From Entomortierella parvispora E1425 (Eukaryota > Fungi > Mortierellomycota): a stretch of 64,000 nucleotides of DNA. The stretch spans positions 868,001-932,000 of the forward strand of contig BQFW01000002.1 of the NCBI GenBank assembly GCA_020891255.1. The letters are read 5' to 3'. Below the pieces are notes generated by a model, which searched no databases, had not been told where the DNA came from, and saw only the letters and a program-made list of their open reading frames with translations. Of the stretch, positions 23,169 to 33,892 are shown in pieces. Each line of letters starts with the position of its first letter. The first letter of the stretch is position 1. The translations under genes were made by a program, and so were the position numbers.

Positions 23169-25597
23169 GGTGACGAATGTAATGAGAGAGAGAGGGAAAA
23201 GGGGAGGAGGCTAATTCCCGACGGAAGGAAAGGTCAACACAAGGAGAAGGACGGCGACAGAGAGAAGGAAGGGGCAGTCGTTGAAGTGAGTGTAAGGTTT
23301 GGGATGTGACCTTGCCAGGGCCGGACAGTAGGGATGAGATGAGGAAGAAGAGGAAGAGGAAGAGGAAGAAGAAGAGTAGTGGAAGACAGAGAGAGAGAGA
23401 GAGAGAAAAAAAGAAGGATCCCTCGTCCGAAAGAGTGGTTGAAGATGAAAGAAGTTGTAAAGAAAAAGAAAAGCTTTTCGGCAAAGTCAAGTCAACGTCC
23501 GTTCGTATTTATACGATCAAGACAAGAACCCTGCAGGAGCAGAATTGGTTGGCTGTTTCTGGATAGTCGTCGGAAACTATGGAAACCTGAAGCAGCTCTC
23601 GCAGTCCACCAGTGCCAGCGCTTCTCCTCTCTGCCCCCATGGAACTCGTGGAAGAGACGACGCCCTAGAAGGTGGAATTCGAAGAACCCTCCCTCTTTCC
23701 TTTCTCAACAGCACCCTATACCCTAGTTTTCTGTATCCCTGCATTTAAATCATAGTAATGAAAAGGAGACCGTTGTTGGCCATCTGCCACACACTTATAC
23801 TCGCCGACTAGATTCATTCCAAGGCTACAGGGTAAACATGCGTGAGAAGGTAAGGAAGACGAGAAGAGTGTTGTTGTCCAAGCTGCCCTTCTGTGTCTTC
23901 TATTGGTTCTTGGGAAAACGGTTGTTCTCCAATTGGCCATGAGACCTCACGCAGACATAACAATGCCCTGCCCTTTTCAACAATGATGAACAGACCGCCT
24001 TATTCAAAAGCACAATGGGATGATGATGGGCCGGGCTCAATTTTCCGGTGCAACTTAGATTGTTCTATTCACAGGGCAAAGTAAAAAAAACTGTAAGAGA
24101 GTGTACGGTTTTGGCGTATTGAGGATCAGGAATGGCGCATCGCATCTCTACAAATATAAGGCTGAACCCGTCAACCTTGCATGTCATTTAGGCACTGATA
24201 CAAACCCCAGTGCTGAAATCACTGGAGAGACCATTGACAGTGCTGCAAAAACAGAATATCCGACGGTCTCACACAAACAGGCACGCGCAATGCACGCCGT
24301 TCTGTGTGTTGTCAACGCTTCTTTCAGCCCTTCACTTTTCAATAATCACGACATGGCTGTCCGTGAGGTCGCAAAAGGACAAAAAAAAAACGAGGCTGTG
24401 TCACAAAGAACAGGGTTGGGAAGACGAGAAAGATATGGAAATCGGGGAAAGTTCGATTTCTGAGCTGAGGCCAAGGTTCACAATTTACCCAGCAGGGCCA
24501 TTGGATACAGTCTAATATGGGAAAGATACCCCCCCCCCCCCCCGTACTTGGAGTGGACCTCGCGCTGCCATCTTTCGTTGCTGCTCATAATACCACGGGG
24601 ACGCCCTTGATGCAACTGCTAGTTACAACCGTAGAACAAAGGGAAGGCCAAGAAGAAATAAAATCGCGCAAGATGGGCCATCAATCTAAATCCTCCTCTC
24701 TGTCTACTTTTCATCTTCCCATGATTCTTTGCCTGGTTACAAGTCGTTCAGGGGAAGCGCACGGTCAATGTCAACACGTGTAGCAAACAAAAACTTGAAG
24801 GTCGTCCATGTTGAGTGGTCAATGTGGTTGGTGGACCGAAATTCCACAGGATTCTCGGTACTCATTTACTTCTCGCTTCCAACTCTTCTTTGTTTCGAGC
24901 TGCTTTGCCTTTTTTCCTTTTTTTTTTTTTTTGAAATCCAGAGGACCCACGGGGCTGAGTTAGCGACAAAGAATGTCGGGACTCTTCTTTACAAAAGTTG
25001 TGTACGGTGCCCCCCACGCACTCAGCTCAACTGAGACAAATTGGAGTCCCAAAAGTCCATTTTTCTATTTCGGACTTGTCAGACTCTCCAGACTGTCAAC
25101 GGGAATGAAAACAAAACAGCCAAAGACACTCCCCAGTCATGAGTCGAAGTGCACACACTCGTAAAAGGTGTGCAAGAGAGAATGGCTGCGAGAAAAGAAG
25201 GAAAAGAGTCTCTTCCAAGTTGGACGCTTCGCTGCTTCTTTTGTGTCTTGGCCAAAAGGGCTGAGTGGTCAAATGTGGGCCCCTGGTTTGTTCTTGTCTT
25301 CTTTTCCCTCTTGATTCGCAGGGCTTGCGCTCGTGTCTAGTCTGCCTTCGACTACGCAATTCGATTGGAACTATCGATCTACTTGCTTGGCGGCACAAAA
25401 GATTCTCTAGGCTCTAGGAAAAGTCCTACATGTATGATGTCTCGATCAACACCAGCCATGCGATGGTCAGAGGCAAAGCCCTTACCAGAGCACTACCTAG
25501 GTACACATTTGAAGCACTAGAGGTTTGTCGCCTCTGTTACCGGGCCGTTTGGATTTTTCACGTCGTAGGCACAGGAGCATAGAAAACGCGAGATCTG

Positions 25598-25605
25598 TCA
25601 CGTGA
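25598..25605. promoter_or_regulatory. TCACGTGA (GTCACGTGAT) E-box upstream of LAMTOR2
   Basis: About 107 bp upstream of the ATG at 25713. Matches the bHLH-zipper Cbf1/USF/TFEB-type site. Binding not shown. Confidence 0.45.
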
Positions 25606-25712
25606 TTCGATTTTCAGATGCTTCATGCATGCATGCATGTAGTGCATCATTGTTCTGTTCTCTTTTCATTCAAACTTTCGCCAAGTCCTCCCCATCTGAA
25701 TCCATATCCACC

Positions 25713-26413
25713 ATGCTCAAGCCAAAACTCATCTCTCAAGTACTCCAGCAGGCTACCACAGGAGGCGTTAAAGCCACGATGTAAATAGATGCGCGCCCAC
25801 TTTCTCAACCTTCTATTTTCTTTTTTGTCATGACGACAAGTCTTGGGAAGTAGCCATTCAAACCCACTCACTCGACACCCTCTTGCTCTTTCTTTTACTT
25901 TTTGAACCATTTAGATTGCTAAACCCAGAAGGCTCTTTGCTGGCATTTGCTGCTCAGTCCGATCGGGATGCTCGCATTTACGGTGCCATCGCCTCCAACA
26001 TCTGGACCATTTATTCAAAGCATTGCAAGCCCGAGGTCGGGCCATTGTCGTTTCTGATGCTCGAATGTGAGGTAAATGCACAAGCACAAACTATAAAAAG
26101 AAGACGCTCGACCCCGCTCTTGCAGTCCTGGACCATGAGGCTATTTCGATGAGGGATATTTCGTGGGAACTGGACACGCACTTTACTTGCAATCAGTATT
26201 GACCAAACTCTTTGTTCTAACTTTTTTCTTGCATGTTTGCGGACACATTATTATTTTATTTTTCAGGAAGGAAAGGTCGCTATCACAGTTGTCAGCACAA
26301 TGATCCTGTGCCTGGTCGCAAGGGATGATGTGGAACTAGGAATCTTGAAAGCCAAGTGTGAGGCTTTGACGCGGCACTTGGAAGAACCATTGAGCAGAGT
26401 CGCAGGATACTAA
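25713..26413 (+). CDS. LAMTOR2: Ragulator complex subunit LAMTOR2 (roadblock domain); 3 exons
   Basis: [80 protein letters not shown] is collinear with animal LAMTOR2. Confidence 0.95.
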
Positions 26414-26571
26414 GCAAATGTCCGTGGATCCAACAACAGCCACAACAACAACAAAAATATACTTTCTGGGCGGAAGGACGTCGCCTGCTCGAAATCAGCA
26501 GACAAAAACGCACAACAAAAGAAGGGGAGAGAAAAAGTGAGAAAGAGAGATCACACATGCGCGACCATTTG

Positions 26572-26606
26572 ACAACAATAACAACAACAACAACAACAAC
26601 AACAAC
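26572..26606 (+). repeat. (CAA)n microsatellite, non-coding
   Basis: Read directly, downstream of the LAMTOR2 stop. Confidence 0.9.
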
Positions 26607-27089
26607 ATATCCCCATCATCATCCTCTCCCGAAACCCACTGGGTCACAGATCAGTCATAGATCTCTTCTTCTTTTTGGAGCTGGGCCGGATCCCTCCCAA
26701 CTGAAGATAAAATAACGACCAGTGTCGTGTTTTTTTTCCTTTTTTTTTTTTTTTTTTTCTTTTTTCTTTCTTGTTTTCCGTTTCTCCGGAAAAGATTGAC
26801 AAATATATCAAGATGTTGTTTCATGATGCTGCAGAAGTGAATCTAAGGAGAGGGCGTTCACCAATTCCTTGGGCAAGTCAGCAGACTCGCACAAAAAAAA
26901 TAAGGTGCCGAAACATGGTCGTACAAAAATGTAATCAATGACGACCATCCACACTATTTCTGAGGGGCAAACGTAGTGTGGCCAAAGATCAAGATGCATG
27001 GCAAAGGCAAGGAAATGAAGAGGGGGAAAGAAATAATGATGTTCCTTATTTATGAGGATATTATGAGAATGCAAGAGGCTCGATATCAA

Positions 27090-29004
27090 TTAAAAATCAT
27101 AGTCGTCGATGCTGCTATTATCGTCATCGTCCACAGAGGCCTTATCAGCAGAAGATTGCCCCACTACGGCCGCCACTGCTGCAGATGCGACGGATGCAGC
27201 AGCAGCACTATAGTCAAAAAAGTGTCGCCGTGGTGGAGGTGGATTTCCATTCTTCATTTCCGAAAGTTGACGGCTGATCGAGTCCAATTTAGGAACAGGG
27301 ACTTTCTCGGTTTCTTGGTGGCCAGATCCAAAGTATCCCATGAGACTCGAGCCCGTGTTAAAGATCGATGTAAACGTTCCCATGAGTCTCTCGGATGCAC
27401 CAGCAATGGTTGGTTGCGGCTGCTCTGGATGTAATGGCTCAGGCTTTAGAGTTGATTCCTTGTTATCGCTCGTGGTCTCCTTGTCCTGATCTTTGCTCTT
27501 CTGGGTTGATGGCGATTGTATGTCTACCGGGTATTGTTGATCATGGACTTTATGGGTCGAAGGTGGCGATGATGTATTGAATGGATCAACCGGGTATATG
27601 TCGTCTGCTTCTGTATGTATTGCCAGTACGTCCTGCCCATTCGCGGAGGGTCCTGCGGTTGCGGTTGAATAGTACCCTGGCATTGTGGATTGATCATTGC
27701 TCAGTGGTATCTCGTCTTTGAAGGGTGTCTCGTCCAATGAATCAACTGTAGCGGCAACATCCAACTTTGTAGAAAACGAAACGGTGTCGCTCAGGATCTC
27801 TTGAGAGCCAGCACTGGCTAGACTCTCGTCTGTGGCTGGAACAGTGACGACAGACTTTGAGTGTGGAGTGCTTGCCGAGTCTGCCTTGTTCTTGATGTCG
27901 AACGTCATCATCTTCAACTCTTGGTCAAATTCGTCGGCCCCACCAACATAGGATGAAGCTCCTGAAGGTGTCGTCATTGGTGGCGCTTTTAAGATTGGCT
28001 GAGGTTCCTGTGATGAAGTAGATCGACTCCAAACCTCGCCTTCCTGGGTCGAGGTTTCCTTCTGAGATGTTTGCGATCTTGGTTGAAGGCTATTCTCGTC
28101 ACTATCGAGCCGCAATAGACCCCTCCTCTCTGCTGCTTGGATGGCTGCTTTTCGTTTAGCAACAATGGCTGCTTCCTCCTTCTGACGTAATGCTTCTTCT
28201 TGTGCCGCCAAGTCTTTCGTGATTCTTTCCTACAAGGAACAATGTGCACGATGGAGGAACGAAAGTTTAGGACTGTGGTTGCACCGTTGTGGTCCAAGCA
28301 ACTGCTCCGAATCATCATAACATGCTGTTTGACTTTGGCGTTACCTGCTCGGCCAATAATGCGTCCACATCGATGACTTCCTCTGCATCATCTTCATCGA
28401 CCTCGTCGCCCCAAATCATCTTTCCTTTCGTATTTCTCGGCACATTCATTCGATGTGGCACTGGGGCAACTTCCACTCGTTTGGCATGTGCCCTACTTGT
28501 GTCTTCTGATACTCGACCAAGACTCGACTCGTCGTCGCTATCGTCGTCATGGTATGATTCAAACGAAGTCTTCATTCTCCTTCTATTGTTGCTCCCTCTG
28601 CCATTGGCTGCTCTATGATCATTATTTGGGCATCCACTTTCATCACTCTCATTGTCGCCGTCGTCGTCGTCCCGATAAGACGCTTGGAACGGGTTAGGTT
28701 TTCGCTGGTTGGTACTCTTGCCAGAGTGCCGTGAGAACCGACCGTTGGAGAGGGTGGAGGGCCAGGCGTTTTCGAGAGGAGGAGAAGTTGTTTTGGGATA
28801 AGCCGAGGAAGGCCGTGCGAGAAAGGATTGTAGACGAGCCCGTGAGCCTTGATGGGGATGTTCAGACCCTACGCGCATGTACTCGTCATCATCGCTGTAG
28901 TCTTCCTGACCCGAGGAATCGTCCAGGTAGAGTGAGCGGGACGAGAGGTTGTCGCGCTGTTTCTGTGGTAGACAAGGACAGAATAAGGATAGCTTCCTGC
29001 CCAT
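27090..29004 (-). CDS. Hypothetical disordered protein with predicted N-myristoylation and palmitoylation and a central coiled coil; 2 exons
   Basis: Starts MGRKLSLFCPC. Intron 28344-28230 (CAG|GTAACG...TTGTAG) joins ..DALLAEQ to ERITKDLAAQEEALRQKEE.. in frame. Confidence 0.75.
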
Positions 29005-29497
29005 GGTTGTGTTTTAAGAGGAGTGGTACGGGTATATATACAGAGCAAGAGAAACTGCAAAGTAGACGGAGGGTGAATGAAAGGAGCAGGGATGCAGAAG
29101 GGAGCAAAGAAACGGAGGGAGAATGATGCGAGAGCAACTTTTGGAGGAAAGATGAACGCAAAAAAAAAGCACGTTGTCTCTCCTGGTTTGACCCTGCCTG
29201 TTTTATTTCTTGCTTGTCGGCGTGGGGGTTTGGTGGGTGTATGTGTGCATGCTAAAAAGTTGGGGGGAAAGGGCCATGTGGTGCAGATGACCATGCAGCA
29301 GGACGGGCCCATGACGCCAGTGACTGAATGATTCTCATCCACCTTGCCTCGCTCATTTTTCTCTTTCTTGCCTCCCCTTGTCCTATTCTGCCGTTGTGTC
29401 CCTGGCATGCTAACCTTCCTGTCTGGAGCGACAAAAAAAAGGAGGCGCTGTGGGGTCCTGTGGATGTGGTTGAGGGCATATCGCGTTCAGCAAAAAG

Positions 29498-30148
29498 TTA
29501 AAAATCCATCAGAAGCTGTGGTGTAATCGCCTCCAAGGAATCGAGCTCAATCAGAGTCTCTTCATCTTTCAGGTCTTCATCTTCCTGTTCCCGTTGATAT
29601 GCAGCTGTTCTGTGAAGTGCTTCGATCGTGAACAGGCGCAAGAACTCGGCTGAGAGCTCCATAGCGTCCTTTTGTGCTATCAGTCCAATGAGAATACATA
29701 AGTCTCTTTTGTTCCTGTGGTCAAAAGCGCTACGATGCGATGCAACTCCATCTTCTGCTTGCTGTACCTTTGATTCCTGGGTCGGTCCAGACGCCTTTGA
29801 AAATAGCCTGCACTGTCTCCTACAATCAGCAAGAGAACACGTTAGTGAGGTCGTGATTAACCCTCCATAGATATGTGAACAAGCTTGAGATCCAAGGCAT
29901 ACAGGTCGGAAGCCAGGCTGATTGCTTCCTTCGTCGTCATCGTCTTCGTCGTCTTGAACATGTCGCGTCGACGAAGAACCATCGGCTGCTGCTTGGCGCT
30001 CACGTTGCGCATGAATCCTTCTGCGACGGAGATCTTCCTCCAATTCGGCCTCGAGCTCGTCATCCAAGTCCTGTGCAGGCCGTTTCTCTTTGCGTCTTTG
30101 TCTGCGCTCCTGTTCACTAAAGCTGTCAAAGTCTTCGTCGTCCTCCAT
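29498..30148 (-). CDS. MHF2: CENP-X/MHF2 histone-fold protein; 3 exons
   Basis: Spliced C-terminal half GFRPETVQAIFKSVW..KDAMELSAEFLRLFTIEALHR..IELDSLEAITPQLLMDF matches CENP-X (..LEKxxPQLLLDF). Confidence 0.9.
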   Translation of the reverse strand: MEDDEDFDSFSEQERRQRRKEKRPAQDLDDELEAELEEDLRRRRIHAQRERQAAADGSSSTRHVQDDEDDDDEGSNQPGFRPVCLGSQACSHIYGGLITTSLTCSLADCRRQCRLFSKASGPTQESKVQQAEDGVASHRSAFDHRNKRDLCILIGLIAQKDAMELSAEFLRLFTIEALHRTAAYQREQEDEDLKDEETLIELDSLEAITPQLLMDF

Positions 30149-30308
30149 GTTGATGTTTGATGCAAAAGATGTCAAATTGTCCGTGTTGAAATTTTTGTAC
30201 GTGTTTTTTCACTTTGAATTTGGTGGCGTCTGCAATGATCCTCTCACAAGGTCTTTTTTTTTTTTTGGTTTTATTTAGTATGTACAATAAACAGAACAGG
30301 TGAGAGAG

Positions 30309-31612
30309 TTAAGCATGTTTCTCTCGATGTGAGTGAGAGCTCTTTCCGTTGGCTTTAGCCAGCATTCGACGGCGAATCTCTTTTTCCCGCTTCTCCTTTA
30401 GTTTCTTCCAGAGCTGCCGTTTTTGCTTCGAGACATGGTTGACAGAGTCCCGACTCTGGCTTAGTAGCTCGATATATTGGTTGCTGCAATTAATATTGTC
30501 CTAAGGTGGAGGAAACATGCACATGTATAAGTTGAAGGGTGGTAGATCGGACGAGCAAGTTGAAAAAAATTACACAGTAGATCCTTACCATAAGTAATGA
30601 CAGGGTCTTTTGAACCTCTTCTTGGTCCTCTCCTCGCTTCTTCCACTCCTTGTTTCCAGCAATGAACTCTTCTTGATCTGGCATCCCCATGAACGCAGTT
30701 GAGCATCCTTCACCGAGTCCATAGCCCAATTCAGGATAAAGGGGATCGTCGCCCTGAAGGATGAGCGCTACGCGACTCATAATCTTGTTGACCGTCTTTT
30801 CCCGCTCGATCATAGCCATTGCATGTACAGCCATAATCTGCAGTTGTGGACTCTGAAAGAGTTTTCGAAGTTGAGGTCTCTGCAAAATATCCGTCGAAGT
30901 TTCAAGTGGGGACAGGAGCTCATTGATCTTGATTTCTGCGTAAGGGTCGTCGTCCGAGAACTCTTCTCCTGCATCCTCTCCTGCAAGTGCTCCCCCACGT
31001 GAACGCTGTCCATAGACCTGGATCACATCCCGCTTCTGTGACAGGCCTCCTGCTCGGGATGACTTTGTGTTTGAGAACCCAACGATCGTAGGCTTTGAAT
31101 GAGATCTAAGGTCTTCTTCCACATCGATTTCCATGGACGTCACGCCGTTGCCTGCGTCCGTGGCCATTGTGGCTTCTGCAAGAATGAGTCGACAACCTCC
31201 TGTCACTGGGTTGGCCTTTCGCTTCAGCTTGTTGCCTCGATTATGGGGCACAAATCCGATCTCCTCCTCTTCAGAAGTATCGTCACTAACTTTTCTCGCC
31301 ACTAAGTAACGAGGCAAAGCAAAGCAAGTCAGCAATTCGACCAGTGGGTCATGACAATGTGAAAGACAAAAAAAAAAAAAGAAAAGGGACTCGGGTAGGT
31401 GACATACTGGTTGTTGGCGCCGCCATGGGTGTATCTGGGTACTGAAACATTCTGCGAGAGGAAAGTATGACAAAACCGATTAGTTGTCTAATAGGAAAAC
31501 AACGGGGACGTCAGGCTTCCCTGAGTGGAAAAAGGACCATTGCTCCCTACCTTTTGCCGTGTTTGAGGGCCATCAAATGCTCTGCATCGACTGTGATGGA
31601 CTGGTCATGCAT
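30309..31612 (-). CDS. RXT2: Rpd3L histone deacetylase complex subunit Rxt2-like; 4 exons
   Basis: NRGNKLKRK and DPYAEIKINELLSPLE...HP-equivalent RP..LQGDD match the RXT2_N pattern. Exons 31612-31551, 31458-31416, 31301-30588 and 30500-30309 (approximate) join in phase. Confidence 0.78.
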
Positions 31613-32107
31613 CGAACGTGTGTCTGCTATTGACGGTGGAAGCAAAAGAACATGAGAAAGACTGCAAGAGGGGACGCAAGCTGTTGTTGAGAGTAATGTG
31701 CCGTTCATGATGCTGCCAGTCGGTACGCAAGTGGTCCATTCGACGACGCCTCGTCCTGCTGGTGTGTGTGCCATCTGTCTTGACAGCGATGTCCAGCTCA
31801 GTGACAGTTCCGTTCAGGTCAGCGCAGCCATTGCAGGAGTACTCACTTACTCGATGAGGTTGATTGGGGGAAGTGCAAGTGAATGAGCAAAAGAAAGGGA
31901 GGGGCAGACGAACACAAGACACGACATGCAAATAAGAGGCGGGTTCAGTGGCAGGACACACAGAGACAGACGGACAGACAGACCGACAGAGAGACTGAGA
32001 ACAGGCGGTCGGGCCGTTCTTAAGGGTGCAGCGCCACTTCTCAGCCGCCCGCAATTCGGTGCAATAAAGCTGGCAGGTTTCTGTCACTTGAACGACCTTT
32101 TTCGAAA

Positions 32108-33480
32108 ATGGTACAGAGTTGGCTGCAAAAGCACGTCACGTGAAATCAGGACTGGACTAGACTGGGCATCCAAGGCCCTGCGACGGGCACCGGGCGTATC
32201 CATCCATGTGGGGACACCATGCGGCACCATCCATCAGCACATCTATCCATCGGTCCAGCAATCATCACGACTCGGCGTTTTCAATGGCTTTTCAATGGCG
32301 TCGGAAGGATCTATGATGACCATGGTCCGAAATCATGACTTTCCGATGGCCTATCTCAACACCAATGAATGAATTCAGCCGCCTCATCTGCTGCCTTGCT
32401 GCACTCCAGGATCATCTGTGCTATCATGGACAGTCAGATCGCTGGCGAGTAGCGCTACAGATGTTGCTCATCAAAGGGACAGCTTGGAATCAGGGAGCAT
32501 ACCCCAGGAACCAGTTATAAATCCCGTCCATTGGACAAGGCGATAAGACTTCTGTCTTTTTTGCTTTTACATTGAACAACTATGTTGACCTGAGAGCAGC
32601 AACTCTCGACACTGGCGCATCGCAGCGATGGAATCGACTGGAATCACCGGAATCACTGGAATCAAACATCACACAAAAAGCTCGTCAATCAATCAACAGA
32701 ATACTCACCTTTTATCGTCGTCTTTTCAACAAACAGACCTTCAAGAGAAGAAATCACGGACGCAACAAGAACGGTCGTGGCCACGTCAAGCCCGTCCGCT
32801 GCTCCAACTGCTCCCGCTGCGTCCCCAAGGACAAGGCTGTCAAGCGTTACACTGTCCGCCCTATGGTCGAGTTGGCTGCTGTCCGTGATATCACTGAGGC
32901 TCTTGTCTACAAGGGTAAGATCCTGGAAATCACTTGGCTGCACAGAGGAGTCGACTGCGTTCTGAGAATACCGCTCCTACTTCAGGATTCTTGAACTCGG
33001 CATTGCAGCGACGCCGCTCTATGCACAGCTTTGACCCTCAATGGATGCAGGGATGACATACGCTAGTGATTTTTCCGCCTCTTTTCACTGCGATTTGAAA
33101 ACTGTGGAATCAATTGCCAAGGAGACAAGGATCGACACTGGTCGTAGATAATGAATGGCAACTAACGTAGTTTCTCCCTTTTGATTATTGTAGAGTACAC
33201 TCTCCCCAAGTTCTACATCAAGATCCACTACTGCATCTCCTGCGCCGTTCACGCTCACATCGTCCGTGTCCGCTCCCGCGTTGGTCGTCGCTCCCGTGCT
33301 CCCCCACCACGCTTCCGTTTCAAGGTATGAACATTGAACAGGGTTGACATTTGTGTTGGAATACGTTAGGAAAAAAAACGAAGCTGCAATGACTGAATGA
33401 CTGACGAGTTTTTTGATGATATTCTTGTTCTCTAGGATGGCAAGAAGGTTGCTCCCCCCCAGGCTGCCAAGCCCCTGTAA
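32108..33480 (+). CDS. RPS26: 40S ribosomal protein eS26; 4 exons, exon 1 contributes only the ATG
   Basis: M|[66 protein letters not shown]. Introns 32111-32736, 32915-33193 and 33324-33435. Confidence 0.97.
32136..32143. promoter_or_regulatory. TCACGTGA E-box in RPS26 intron 1
   Basis: GTCACGTGAA, 25 nt into the first intron. Confidence 0.35.
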
Positions 33481-33538
33481 AGTGCTTTCCTGTTCCTGAC
33501 GGGTCCACTTGCGGAAAACCATCCTAAATAAAACAATT

Positions 33539-33573
<35 letters not shown>

Positions 33574-33892
33574 GCCCAATACTTCATGCGATGCTCGGTA
33601 CTCAGCTTGACCCACCCAAGGCTCTTGGCCACTATCAAAAAGTACGCAATTGCACTGCAAAGAAGGCTGAGAATATCTACGGCGGAGGGTGGTCCGTGTG
33701 CGGACAAGAAAGGAACATTTGCCTGTCAGTGCCAAGAACTGCCACGACAGCACCCCACCTGCCCAAGCCACTCTCTGCTCGCAGCTGCTTTGCCCACCGC
33801 GACCGTCCTTTCGACTTTTCTCATTCCTCCTTCCAACCGAAATCTCGCCTTGGCTTTTCTTCAATTCTCCCCATCCATACTCTCCATCGCGT

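Noticed and set aside
24441-24465. GTTCGAT, resembling a tRNA T-loop
   Set aside because: The flanks do not form a T-stem, and no acceptor or anticodon arms are present.
27090-29004. Idea that the acylated orphan next to LAMTOR2 is LAMTOR1/Ego1
   Set aside because: It is about 600 aa and lacks the LAMTOR1 helical pattern and the C-terminal ..ELVVxF motif. Only the lipid-anchor type is shared.
32313-32440. Box C/D snoRNA in RPS26 intron 1
   Set aside because: Box C (ATGATGA) is perfect, but the first CTGA is about 280 nt away and I could not see a terminal stem or rRNA guide. Not called without a covariance-model search.
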